A stretch of DNA of 64,000 nucleotides from Laetmonice hystrix (Eukaryota): the NCBI GenBank assembly GCA_965235115.1, contig OZ249436.1:18292001-18356000 (forward strand), given 5' to 3'. The notes under the pieces are model-generated. The model was not told where the DNA came from. It searched no databases and saw only the letters and a program-made list of their open reading frames with translations. The number at the start of each line of letters is the position of its first letter. Position 1 is the first letter of the stretch. The position numbers were made by a program, and so were the translations under genes. Below are positions 50,097 to 62,746 of this stretch, piece after piece.

Positions 50097-50532
50097 TGTC
50101 AGATCTAGTGATCCGGTAGCAAGTCTAGGCAGGAGCGGGAAGATTATCTGGTAATGGTGACTTTCCACTAACACGGTTTAGCTGGCCAGCTAGCCGCCTC
50201 GCGGCTGTGAAAAATTGAACTAGTAATATCCAATAGTAGCCTTTCCATTGGCGAGTAGCCGCAGGACATCCCGGAAAGTGACCAGGGGAACGGGGCGGCT
50301 ATCGCGCGTCATCTTACAGCCCATCTGATATTTCCCGGCGACTCACTCTCCTCCCACATTCTAGACACTCATCTTACCGGGATACATGGAGGAGGCCAGT
50401 ATAGGTTTCCTTCGTACACACATACAAAATGATACATATACGCTACGACTACAATACATGGTTAAAATATAATGAACGGTTAATATAATAATAAAGTGAC
50501 TAAAATAGATGGGCTGGGGGGCCGAGCCCACA
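50097..50532 (-). mobile_element. Putative 3' LTR of a Gypsy-type retrotransposon
   Basis: On the minus strand a polypurine tract (AAG12A, about 50536-50550) precedes TGTGGG at about 50532. The distal CA end at about 50097 is a guess because no second LTR is present. Confidence 0.5.
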
Positions 50533-50574
50533 AAATCCCCCCCCCCCCTTAAAGATTGAGGCCTGGCCTCGATC

Positions 50575-51520
50575 TTACTCTATCTCTGCCGACAGAACGT
50601 GCGGTGGGAGCGGATCGTCTGACAACTGTCCTTTTCGCTGGCAGACCCGGGTTCGGTGAAACCGCCTAATGAGCAGCGTGGCTGCTAGGAGTCCTGCGGT
50701 CCCCACCACGAGCCCCGTGTGCCAGTTTTGGGGGCCCCAACCGAGGGAGGGGGCCAAATGTCTTCCAGAGTCAAGTCTATAGCTGGAATTATTATGCTCC
50801 CTAACGATGTGCTGCCAGGGCAGCAAGGTCACATTAGGCGCAATAAAGATTTGTTCATTATATCTATACGTAACCCGTGAGGCTTGGGACTTAACAACCG
50901 AGGTGCGGAAGCTGTCCCACTCCAGCTGGCATTCTCTGGACAGCCGCCACACCTCTACCCCTTGTAACATTAGTTTCTCTATATGGGCAGTAATAGCTGT
51001 GGGGTTTTGGGCTGACATGAGACACCGCCCTCCACTACGCGACCACACCCCCAGTGCTGATGAGGGCGCGGACGCCTCCACATCGCACCCGTCCGTCGCA
51101 CAATTGCAGTAGATTCTCTCTACAGGAATGTACCGCGAAATCTTCAGACTTCCTAGCGTTGACTGCCACGAGGGGGCGAACCTGGAGCTTGATCAGGGCC
51201 CCAGCCCTAGGCACCAGGTAGGCTGTCAACTGCCACAGGTGAAACCGCTCCTCCTGTCCTGCCCAGATGTCCTCTGACACCACCATCCGTCCGTCCCTGT
51301 CCCACAGCACTCTGACTGGTGTAAACGCATAATACCAGTCGATAGGCATCAAATGTGCATGCTGTAGAACTCCCATGACCTCCCGCAGGTGTTCCCGGAC
51401 CACCACTTATTCCGACAGCCGACCGGTCTGGAGATACAGCTGCGCCTGCCGGTAGTGGTCCCTCTGCTGAGCGTAGCCCACGGCTACCATCTCTGTTGGA
51501 TCCACCGATCCAAACCGTGA
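50575..51520 (-). pseudogene. env-like membrane glycoprotein ORF remnant of the Gypsy element
   Basis: Lies between integrase and PPT. Reads ...LYLQTGRLSE*VVVREHLREVMGVL...PIDWYYAFTPVRV..., then a Cys-containing region, a frameshift near 51060, and a C-terminal TM (GLVVGTAGLLAATLLI) with a basic tail. Stop at 50575. Confidence 0.6.
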
Positions 51521-51699
51521 ACAACGAATAGAGTGTTCACTCAGGCCACCAGTCTTCTTACTGCGCGGTGACCCCCTGCAGGGTCCCCCACACTCACCAT
51601 GTTCTGCTGGTTGTGATGGAGAGCCCGCTGCGCCGCCTGCGCTGGCCGAACTGCCTCCCTCAGGTGATCCACTTTGGCCTGCGTGGCTGTGCCGAATAA

Positions 51700-52362
51700 T
51701 GCTGAGGACAGGTACGTTGATGATATTGACTAATCCCCGCCGCCGCCTTGCACGTACCAGGTTCAACCAGGGATATGCATTTCTCCCCACAAGGTCCAAC
51801 ACCACCAGGCGGGTGGCATAATCGATAGATCAGACTAGCGCAATAAAGCTGTGACCCAGGCCTCCATAAGTGGACAGACTGGAGCATCCACTGTGATAAC
51901 CAGGTTCCGCCAGTGGCCATGCATTCGCCACCTTCTCCATGACTACCCCATTAGGGATAGCTGTGTGGTTCCGCGTTCCACATATACGCCTGCTTTGACT
52001 CTTGCGTCTTTAACATGGCCTGATGCAGAGCCTCGGTGACCAGCTCCATGTAGCACCCGCGTGCCTCCTGTGCGTTGTTGCTGGTGAGGTCGGGGTACCG
52101 TGCGTGACGTCCATGCATTGGGAAATATGGCGTGAAGCCCATCGTCTCCGACACTGACTGACGATGTGCCAGTAGTGCCTGGGCTAACTCTGCCTCCCAT
52201 GACACACATAGCATGTCCGTAGCATGTCCTTGAGGGTCCGGTGGAACCGCTCCATCTTGCGTCTTGCACCTTGCGCACTCCCCCCCTCATGGACGAGATC
52301 CATGCCCGTACCAGTTGATTGTCGAATTCCATGCTATTATCATGTATGACGACAGACGGTAC
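51700..52362 (-). pseudogene. Gypsy integrase C-terminal half, frameshifted
   Basis: VPSVVIHDNSMEF (second D), MERFHRTLKDMLR (E) and WEAELAQALLAHRQSVSETMGFTPYFPMHGR occur in order across shifted frames. Confidence 0.85.
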
Positions 52363-55300
52363 ATTGCATGGTTGATTGGCTATGTGCACCACAGGAACAC
52401 TTCACTAGCTGTAGCACACAACCCAGAGAAAGTGGATTAGGAATGACTGGGTCATGAATGATGTCTTGGGACCAAATATTTGCCTGCAGATGAGCTCGCT
52501 GAATGTTTTCAGTCCATGCTCCTGGAGTTGGTGGAAGCCTGTCCACACCTTGGTCAGGTTTGAGTGCCTTGAAGAGAATCCATCTCAGATCTTTGGCTCG
52601 TAAGATTTTTTCTCTCTCTGGCCGGAAGAGAGCACACAGAAATTCCTCACAGCCTTCAGCAACCTCTCTTGATGGTTCACTGCCAAGACCCAGATTGCTG
52701 AGGGCAGAAACCACATTCGGTCCTGAAGCCATGAAGGTGTTGAAGCATGTTGTCTTTCCCTTTCCTCTGTGTCCTGTGGTATCACAGCCTGTCAGTGCAT
52801 GCCAATTGATGAGAGCAGCTGCCTTCCTGGATCCCAGAGCGTCATAGATAGGCTGCAACAGGACGGTGCGACGGCGTTCTCCAGTACCCATAATCAGTGC
52901 ACAATTTCTGCCAAGTTGTGGAACTCTACGGAGAGCCAACAGAAGAACATCAGTGTCCTGCGTATAGATATGGACTGTGGCTCCAGAAGCTGCAATTTCC
53001 ACAGCATGCAAGATCATGATCGTATCAGCTTCCTCTTGAGTGCTCACTTTGGTAGTAACCTGGCAGTCATAGTTGACCATCACATTCTTGCGTGTGACAG
53101 TCACGATGTTCACCGCACTGTTATCAGTCAGTTGCTGAGCCAGGTAGAGTGTGAGCGAGTCCTTTGTGGTGTTACTTGCAAGGAACATGGATCTGTCCCT
53201 GATTTCTGAAAGATCTTATTGTCTTCAGCTTGCCTCTTCGTCGATCTCGAGTGTTTTCCTTAAGTGAGGTGACTCTGGTGTAATTATCAAAGATAACCCG
53301 AACTGCAGCATATCCTTGGGCTTTTGCACCAATAAGCTGGACATATATGCTCTGGCAAGATCCTTGCCATTCTTGAAGTTCCTCACAGCCATTAACTCTT
53401 GAAGTACAGCCATTCCATCAACTACCAAGATGGCCATGAAGTGCTGCTCAGAAGAGGTCTCATCATTATCAGTATGGGCAAGACCTTCCAGAAGGTGAAT
53501 CACACTGCTCTTGTCATTGGTTGGATGCAAGGTCCCGTCTGCTCGCATCAGTGTTGCATTGATGTGTGAGAACTCATGGGTACCAATAACTTCCTTCAGA
53601 TTAATGTCATCACGCGATGATCTGGCAATCAGTAGCATCCTGGCAAAGAGGGAGGAGGTTGATTTGAGTGTCACGATTTCTGATCCAGCTTTCAACTTAA
53701 TTTCCTTGGCACCGGCATTCCAGGCCAGGAGCTTCACTTTAGACATTCTGTCCCAAAGATTTCCTCCTCCAATGACTCGGTCTTCTACAAACTGTGTGAA
53801 TGCATCCTTGCCTACCTGCTCTATCGACAAAATGCTCTGTTGCACTTTCTCAGCAACAAGTTCCTTAGACATGAGCTTTAACATATGATTATGAACTGTC
53901 TTGTCAACATCATCTGTGGAACCAAAGAGGTGGCACCCTGCTAGCACAGCCTTTACCTTACTGACAGCCTGTTCCTGGCATGCAACCTTGGCCTCAGAGA
54001 GGTCGTGGTGCTGCTGTGTACTGGTTCTGTCACCAATCATAACCAGATGCTCAGTCTCCTGTCTGAGAGGCGTGCTAGCTCAGGTCCTGTGAGACAGAAC
54101 TTGAGCAAAGTCTGGGGGGATGATGTGATTCCTGATATGCCGCCTTGGCCTTTGGTGATCTTGTTTAGGTGTTCCATGGCTTGATCTACACCAATACGAG
54201 TGAACGGCACGCTGTTGGTTGTGTTGACAGTGAAGTTCCTATTGGCAAACTCATTCCAGGTTTCTGGATCTGTAGTTTTGAGGTGGTGCATCTGAGCAAT
54301 GTACTCTGGGATGTTCTGAGCATAATCCAGTCGGTTGTATGCAAAGAAGTAAGTGCACAGCTTTTCAAGTGCTCCCAAGTAAAGGAACCAGTTTCCTTCG
54401 CGTGTCTCACGCTGAAACTGCAACAGGGTCATCACCTGTCTCATATACATGCGTGCCCACCTGTACATTGGCAGCACATTGTGACTTTCATCAAATTCAT
54501 GCAGCAACTTCTCGATGTCCATGGACTTCAGCTCCAGTAAGAATGTTTTGTGAGCTTCATAGACATTCTGCTGAGTTCTGCATGCTTCAGCCAGTTTCAT
54601 GGCACGGGTTTGCAGGGTGACATATAAAGCTGGGTTCTCTTCAAAGAAAGTCTCCATCCATAGATCGAAGAGTGCTTTGAGTGTGATTTGGTGAGCCTGC
54701 ATGGCTCTGTTGTGATGACTGCCATTGATAATCTGTGAGGTGGTGACACTGCTGTAGAGATCTGCTTCCTGCCATGCCTCATCAAGGCCGCTGCCTTCAA
54801 TTGTCCTGCCCAAACATCGGAGGGCACATAGTACTATATGAAATGCACCTGGACATAATTCCCATTTGTCTCTGTACTGGGGCTCAAGGTGCTCCAGCTT
54901 TAGAGCTCTCTTGTACAGGTCCATATCTAAGGTAACGAGCAGCTTCCTCTCATGGCCTGACACTAGTTCATTAAGTCTGATCAGTTGGTTCAGTGCTGTA
55001 ACCAAGGTGTCCCACCCATTGGCTGGTGCATTGATAATAGGAAGACCAAATGCATTGTCTATGGCAACACGTGCATCTTCAGGCTGTGTCAGTGAGTTGT
55101 AGGCAGACCATAGAGCCACAGGATGGTTGATATCTTGTAAGGCCACTTGGGGTACTTCTCCCTCATCCTGTGCAGTAGCAATGTCCCTCTGCAGCTGGTC
55201 AGAATCTTTAGGTTGACTTGGCATGGTTCCCCGGTTACAAAAACGAGCTAGCATCCAGGCAGTATCAAGGGTCTGTGCGTGGTTGCACTCTTCGTCATAC

Positions 55301-57688
55301 CACCCCATCTTGTAAGCTGGATAGTGTGGACTGGTTCTGGGCTTTGGGTTGCCTTCAATTCTACATGCAACCAGTTCAGTAACAGATGCTGGTACATCCA
55401 CCAAACCTGGTGTTGACTTGTGACTGTTAATGTGCAATGGATTCACAATGGTTTCTCCTTGACCAGCGAGCTGATATATGTCTAAGGCTGTTCCATGAAA
55501 GCTTCCCTTTCCATCGGGGGTGTCAACCTTCTTGTCAATGTTATCCAGTGATGTACGGATTCGTCTGTTCTTCAGAAGACCTGCAGGTACATATACACCA
55601 TACTCTTTCATGTTCTCGGATATGGAACAGGCAATGCTGTTGCATATTCTGGTGACCCTATCATAAGAGACCCCAGCTCCACATCTGTTCAATAGTGATA
55701 CTGCGCTCTGACTTCGGAAGTTGTTGTACATGTAGAGGGACAGCCCAACAGCATAGGGACTTTCAGCAATTTGGTGAAACAGTGCCTCTGATGATGATGG
55801 CATAAACATCATCTGCCTTCTTGTCTTGCATTCCGGCATGATGGACTGGGAGAGAATGGCACAGGACTTGTGTAACTCTTCTGTACGCGTTTCAGTGGCT
55901 GCTGCTCTAGCACCTTGCAGGATCCACCTGATGAGGTTGCTCAATTCAGGTGGGACACCCATCAAACTACAGTCGATGAGAGATCCTTCAAAGGACCACT
56001 GTTCAGATTTCCTATGCTGGAGGATTGTCTCTCTGATGATCTTTGAGCACTGGAAGATGCTTTTCATGTCTGCCTTGACATCTCTGTCCTGTGCTATATA
56101 ATCTATAGCTGAGCCGGCTGCTTTCTTGGAATGTATGATTGTTGGCTTATTTCCTGATCCTGGTGTAACTATGACATCCAGCAGGTTCTTTTGGATTTTC
56201 TTCAAAGCTGCCTGATGACTTATACATCTCCCTTCTACACCATGATCCTGCATCATTCTGCTGTGTTGTGATTTCTTTCATTGTTAGAAATTCGCCGTCA
56301 TTTATACGCTCTTCTACTTCAGCAAAGTATTCAATTTCAGCAGAAATGAACTCCACCGTGTTATGTTCCACATTGTCCTTGTCTTTGCTGAGTCTTTTTG
56401 ATCGTTGTACATAGTGGCGCCAGTGAGTTGTGTGACAACTCTTGAGGTACTTGATGTCTCGTGACAGGAAGTCTCCCTCTGCTATGATATCACCCAGTTG
56501 CAGTTTCCAGACCTCATTTTCACTGGCAGTGACAACCTCCTCAATCGACTTCCCAATATTCATTCGGGAATCCTCGGCCATATCTTCGAAAGTAGCCTCG
56601 GGTGAAACAGGTGCCATTTTGAGCATTGCATCTCGGGTACATTTAGCCGGGATTCTCGACAGCATGGCAGTGCTTGCAGTATTTTGTCTGCATCAGGCAT
56701 GGAAGCAACTAAAATAGGCCTACAATGCTTTCCCCGAAGTCAGTGGGCAATATTACAATAGTATCATGTCATGATACAACTTAAATTACAACAGGATTAC
56801 AAGTAGTCCTACCATGTGTCGTACGCGTGTCGTACATGGGCGCGGCCATATTGCTTCCCAAAATTTAATAAATTACCGTATTGACGCCCATTTAGGTAAA
56901 TTGGGTGATTCATTTTTCTTCTTCAAACGTTCCCCTTCATACCAGAAATTTATATTTGCACATACAACGCCGAAGGAGCGGGTGTCAATAATGCACTACT
57001 TCCTGGCTCGATGGGATATGACGGTTCACTCAGTGCCTCGCTACACACCTCCATTTGGCGGTGTATCTGGTTGCCAAACATGGCCGCTATTCCACCCGAG
57101 GGTATATTCGAATAGCAGGAAGTGACGTCATATGCCCGAGGGAGTCCCGAATGCCCAATATTGTGAGTTCTACATTCATGAAGTTCTTCTTCCTTGTTCT
57201 TTGCCTCGTATTTTACTCCTTGGCAGTAGAAACAAGATTCTCGGTTGAAAGCCTGCACATGGGAACGGGTGACTCTCCCACTGGAAGTTGCTGATGAGTC
57301 CAGTGAAGCAGATGTACTTGACACAGGGCGGCCGGCTCCCCTGGTGGATAAAATGCTTCCCATCAAGTGCCTTCTTCCACCTGGCTTTGTCTCGTTCAGT
57401 ACGTATGCTGTTTATGGGTAGCTTCAGCATAGCATGATCGGTGCCAGCTTGCATGGTTTTCCACCAAGTCTTTTGGGGAGAGGTTGTACAGCTGCAGCTT
57501 CAGTTTAACATAGTCAGAATTCCCATATTCTGCTCTTTCGTTCACACATTTGAGAAATTTCTCGTATGTAGGAAGTGCAGGCTGTGCTACCAAATCTGCT
57601 TTTCCCTGGCACTTCAAGCAAATTTTTTAAGGCTGAAGTCGATGGTTTTCCTTTTGCTAGGCGGTTCTCTCGGTCCAGTTGCAGCCAT
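52363..57688 (-). pseudogene. Decayed Academ (AcademX-type) transposase: DDE domain + XPG/FEN1-like nuclease + truncated Cys-rich tail
   Basis: Collinear ORF pieces from ATG 57688. Motifs DNID...GKGSFHGT, VTLDMDLYKRA, GAFH and DQAMEHLNK, then VVDGMA, QEEADT, DTDVLLL, HALTGCDT and VKCSC. Several frameshifts and one insertion. About 1550 codons after reconstruction. Confidence 0.82.
56561..57153. mobile_element. 593-bp MITE with CATTCGGG TIRs and 9-bp TSD CCCAATATT, inserted into the Academ ORF
   Basis: TSD at 56552-56560 and 57154-57162. Removing it rejoins ...LHECRTH-NIG-KSIEEVV... in frame. Confidence 0.9.
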
Positions 57689-57705
57689 TTTAACCTCACT
57701 GAAAG

Positions 57706-57706
<1 letters not shown>

Positions 57707-57751
<45 letters not shown>

Positions 57752-57775
57752 ATACTACCAATACTACTACTACTA
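57707..57775. repeat. (TAC)n microsatellite
   Basis: Directly visible. It explains the poly-Y and poly-L ORFs. Confidence 0.95.
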
Positions 57776-58620
57776 TATAACTAAATGATGTCATTTATTA
57801 CTATATCGTTTTAAAGTTCAATCTTCACAAAAGCCATAAAAATATTGAATGTTGAATGTGCCCTGAAATGACCAAAGGGAAAAAGCAGACTTGCAATATT
57901 TTGGTCAAAAGGTGTTTGCCTGATGTAGGCAGGAATGGAGATCAAATTCAATATTTATATCCCAAAATTAACCGTAAAGGAAAATATTTATTTAAAAACA
58001 TGAATTTTAACATAGCCAATTTGGAAATCGTTATTAAGTTTTGCTTTCTCAGGGCCTATTTCCCTTAATTTCTCTCTGATCCTTTCTGCTAACTTTGCCA
58101 GAAAAGATCTGGAAAATTTCAGCATTTCAACATTTCAGAAGTTGGAGTCATGTAAAACAATTTATTAATTTTAAGTGGCCTAATTAGCATGTTCTATGAG
58201 TGGAAATAGTGAAGGAGATGTTTACAGATGCTTTAGGACAATTTCTAATCAAAAGTATTACCTTCGTCAGTGTATGGAACTGTTAATAGGCGTGCTTGCA
58301 AGATTACACCATGTTAAGCATGTGCTCTATGGCAAAAATTCCAGTTACACTGGTGGCAGTGTTACCCATTATGACGTCATACACTTTGGTCTTATGATCT
58401 TTTATGGTTGGCCATAAGGTATTCAGTGATAATGCAGCTCACAACAGTCCTTTTATGTAACCCACAATTTTAATTCTCTCGCCCAAACACGACTCATAAA
58501 CTTGATTTTCACGACATTTTATCCCAATTTTATTAACCCGCATGCCAGACCTTATATATTCTTCATTATTTTCTTTAAATATTGGAAATAGGCCTATAGA
58601 TCTATAGGAAAGACCATTAA

Positions 58621-60385
58621 CCCTCTATTAACCACACACCCTTTTATTAGAGTGAAAATTATTTCCACTTGTTAAAATGTTGCTTTGGGTGCAATTAATC
58701 ACTACAGCGACTTGGTTTCGAATTTGACCTACTAGACCTTGCTACAGAAAATGTAGCACGTGAGCTACACTGGTAAATAGCCAGTCGAACTGGGGTTCAG
58801 TCAGTCGGGGAGCAGTCAGTCTGGGGAGCAGTCAGTCAAGGGGGTGGGGGCAGTCGGGGTGCCTATCTGTGGGGGTGGGGTCAGTCTGGGGTGGGGGCTC
58901 AGAGGGGGTAAGTATGGTGGTCTGTCAGTCGGGGGCTTAGTGCAGGGCGGGGGTGGGAGAAGGTCAGGAAATGTTGCACGTGAGCTACACTGGTAAATAT
59001 ACAGCAAACCAGACTGGGGCTCAGTCAGTCGGGGAGCAGTCAGTCGGGGGAGCAGTCAGTTCATAGGGGGTAGTTGGGGTGCATATCTGTAGGGGAGGGG
59101 CGGGGTTCAGTAGCGGGTGGGGGCTCAGAGGGGGTAAGTAGGGGGGTCAGTCAGACGGGGTCAGCCAGTTGGGGTCAGTCAGTCGGAGGTCAGTCAGTCA
59201 GTCGGGAGGGGGGGGGGGGATTCAGTTAGGCCGGGGGGGGGGGGGCAGTCACAGGGGCTCAATCGGTGTGTGTGTGGGGGGGGGGGGGTCAGTAGGGGGT
59301 GGGGCTGGATTGGTGGGGGTGACTCGGGGAGGGGGGGGGTAGTAGGAAGGGGTCAGTCGGGGGTCAGAGGTCAGTCGGGGGAGCCCTGACTATGACCCCC
59401 GACTTACCCCTGCCCCGACTCACCCCCTGACTGAGCCCCCCCGGATGACCTGCCCCCCCCCCCCCCCACACACACACACACCCCGACTGAGCCCCAGACT
59501 GACTAACCCTCCAGGTGTGTAAAAGGATGTGGGGGTGTGGAGTTAGTCAGGGGTGGGGGTCAATGGGGTGAATCTGGGGATAGTCAGCCGGGGATCGGTC
59601 AGTCGGGTGTCGGTCAGTCAAGGGGGGGGGGGTTCTGTCAGGGAGAGGGGGTTGTGTTGGGGGGAGTCTGTCAGGGGAGGGGGTTATGTCGGGGGGAGAG
59701 TCAGTCGGGGTCAGTCAGTCTAGGGCTCAGTCGGGATGTGTGTGTGTGTGTGGGGGGGCCTCAGCCACGTTTGGGGGTCAGTGGTGGTGACTCGTGGGGG
59801 GGATTTGAAAGGGGGGGGGTCACAAGGGGGGCGGTCAATCGGGGGAACCCTGACCGAGTCCCCGACTCGCCCCACCCTCCAACTTAACCCCTGACACACC
59901 CCCACTAACCCCACACCCCCGAGTGACCCCTACACATACACCCCCAAATGACCCCCACACTGACTGACCCTAACTGATCCATGGGATATTTACCAGTGTA
60001 GCATGTGTGCTACACAGAATTTGGCATGCTCTGCTTCAAAATTGGTGGACCATTTTTTAAAAAGTATTGTATGCATACATAAACTAGAGATGTTCTAGGT
60101 ATCAAATGACAACAAATTTCAGAAGTATTTATAGTGTAGGATACTGAGATTATCAAAGAACCCCCACCTTTAATCTACTTTGGTTTCCACCGGTAGAGGC
60201 GGCCATCTTGTCTACCGGCTCATAGGCAATCAATTAAAGGTGCTGCCAATTATTGTTTATTAAACGACCTAGTAGTAGTAGCTCATATAATACGTTGTTT
60301 AATAAAGGTAAACACGAAATAAATTGGCCACCAAATTAGCCCTAGTAGTCCATGTAGCACGTGAGCTACACTGGTTAATAGAGGG
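58621..60385. mobile_element. Non-autonomous piggyBac-type element with G-rich interior, TTAA TSD
   Basis: TTAA|CCCTCTATTAACCA...TGGTTAATAGAGGG|TTAA. Repeated subterminal motif GTAGCACGTGAGCTACACTGG. Confidence 0.85.
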
Positions 60386-62007
60386 TTAAAATATAGGTTT
60401 TTAAAGGAAATATAGGCCAGAGTCGCTGGGAAGGCTGGTTCACGCCTAAAAAATCAACCGTAAAATTTACGAAACATTTTTATTCCCATTTTGACACCCT
60501 AGCGACAGCATTCGATTTTTATGCGATCAGGTTCGACACATCTCGTGAAAGCCCATGATCTGAAGTTTCCAATGATGATGTGATATTGATATTTTAATTT
60601 TAGGCCGCCTAATTTTTTATGCTTTTTAGCACTGTTGTTGTTTTACTTTGTATACCGTTTTTAAAACGTGTGAATAAAGATGATATAGCCTAATATAGGG
60701 CCTATTAGTGTGACACTGAAGTGGACCTTTACTGGAGAATGACCCACAGTATGCAACAAAGGAGAGATGAGTTGGAAACGGTAGGCCTAGCCTAGATTCG
60801 CCACTTTGTCTTTGAGAGGGGAAAAAAATCTCAATTTCAAAGATAGACAAGTTTTTTGCCGCAGATTCGTCGCATAGGCCTAGGCCTACCCACCATTACA
60901 TTGCACATGAATTCGCCTTTCTGCTTAGAAAAAAATTAATTAAGGCTTCGGTTTCCATCGTTATAGATAAGGGCGGGGCTTTAGCCCTACGTCTCGGACC
61001 GGTGAATTGCTCATTCGCCAGTAATTATATATGAGGGGAAAAAATAGGCCTCAGATCTATAGGTAGGCCTACCTTCCAAATGCATATTCGCCACATACAT
61101 TAATTAGATATCTCGCTAATTAACAAAGCCCACAAGATAATTTGGCAAAAATGCGCATGAAATCCGTCGGTTCGAGAAAAAACCGACGTGTGCTTCCCAT
61201 CCTCGGTGATCCTCGGTAGTCCGCGGTAGTCCGTGGTACTAGTTAGTCATGGGTAAAAAGAGGTACCCCTGACAAGGACGCCCCCGGTCATGTGACCAAA
61301 ACCATGGCGGCACCGGAGTGGTGAGTTGGTGGTGGAAGGGGCTTTGTCGTAGGCTGTTTAACTTTAGGCATAGGCCTACTAGGTAATATCTTAGATAGGG
61401 CCTAAAGTAACATACAACTTACAAAGACAATCCGATTCTTAATTTTTCTGATCATGTAGCTTATAGTCCGACCTCAGTCATATTGGCTCAGCCAGTCACC
61501 GAAAATACTCAAACTTCAAGAGTTCAAAGCGATCCGCCCACCTTGGACCCTTGCCGTGCATTCTCAGACTCAGTTAGTGCCACTGTAACGCTGTAAAGTG
61601 TAATGTGTAGTACCGGTACCTAGGAGATTTTTTGGTATGTAGACTTATAATTCGAGTGTCAGACTCCATGTCCGATGCGCGCCATGCCCCAGACTTCATG
61701 TCTTACTCAGCCCTAGTTTAGTTAGGACTGACTGACTGTTCCGTGTGACTCGCCCGGCCTGAGTCAGGTGGTCAAGTCAACGGGCGGCAGTCGCCCATGT
61801 TCCCGATCCAACAGGTGGGCTGGCGGTCTTACGGGGCCAGACATGCCAATTTGGTTGATCAAGAACATAGCGCATATAAAGTAAAAGAAATTCGTCGCAA
61901 TACCCTCCCACTAATGAAATGATTGCTAAAAACTTATTTGTAAGGAGAAATGTCGACTGGAGAATAATGTACAGAGACTTGGGTAGTTGGGACATGGGCC
62001 CGTCTTA

Positions 62008-62399
62008 GGCCAAAAAAAAAAAAAGTTTCGTTTCTTGTCCTTTCATATAAAAAAAATTGGTGCGGTGACGCGGTTTTTTTTTTTTTTTTCATCTTTCTTT
62101 TTTTTTTTTGGATGCAACTAGACAACGGCCGATTCTTCGAATGCAATTGCTGTTGGGTACATAAATCTTGAAGAAAAGACTAATGCAATGATGTTCAATG
62201 TTTTAGAATGTGTAAAACTCACATAAAATCAACAAGACTAACAGAAAAACGCCAACGCCAAAGAACCGTTGCAACGTTCTGTCACAGCGCTACACTGCCC
62301 ACCATATGAAGCAGTCGGATTTGAAAAAAAAGACTTGACGCGGGGGTTTTTAGGTGACGCGCGCGGGGACAAGAAACGAATCTATTTTTTTTTTTGGCC
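62008..62399. mobile_element. MITE, inverted near-identical copy of 31532-31924, TSD TTA
   Basis: TTA at 62005-62007 and 62400-62402. Confidence 0.88.
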
Positions 62400-62746
62400 T
62401 TACTAAGAATTTTGTCCACAGCTGGCGACATCCCCAATCTGGGGACATCCCGGCGACATCCCCCGATGACCGTCTTACTAACATGTCGCCGATTGCCGCT
62501 TATGCTGACGATAATTCGCCCAGCAGAGAAACTTAAAACATGCTGTTTTAACACCTTTTGTAGTGCATTTTGCGTTCTTACCTTTTACAATCTATGTAAC
62601 TAAAATCATGAGCTCAACTTATGTTGTTTGATTATGATAAACTAACATTCCAAAACACGTTATTTTAGACGTCCGCCATGCCCGTTCACTGTGTCAGCTA
62701 GAATCACTGTCTATTTTGACGTCAGACAACCAGTTTGTTTGGACGT

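Noticed and set aside
57441..57784. Poly-Tyr and poly-Leu ORFs
   Set aside because: Artefacts of the (TAC)n microsatellite, antisense to the Academ ORF.
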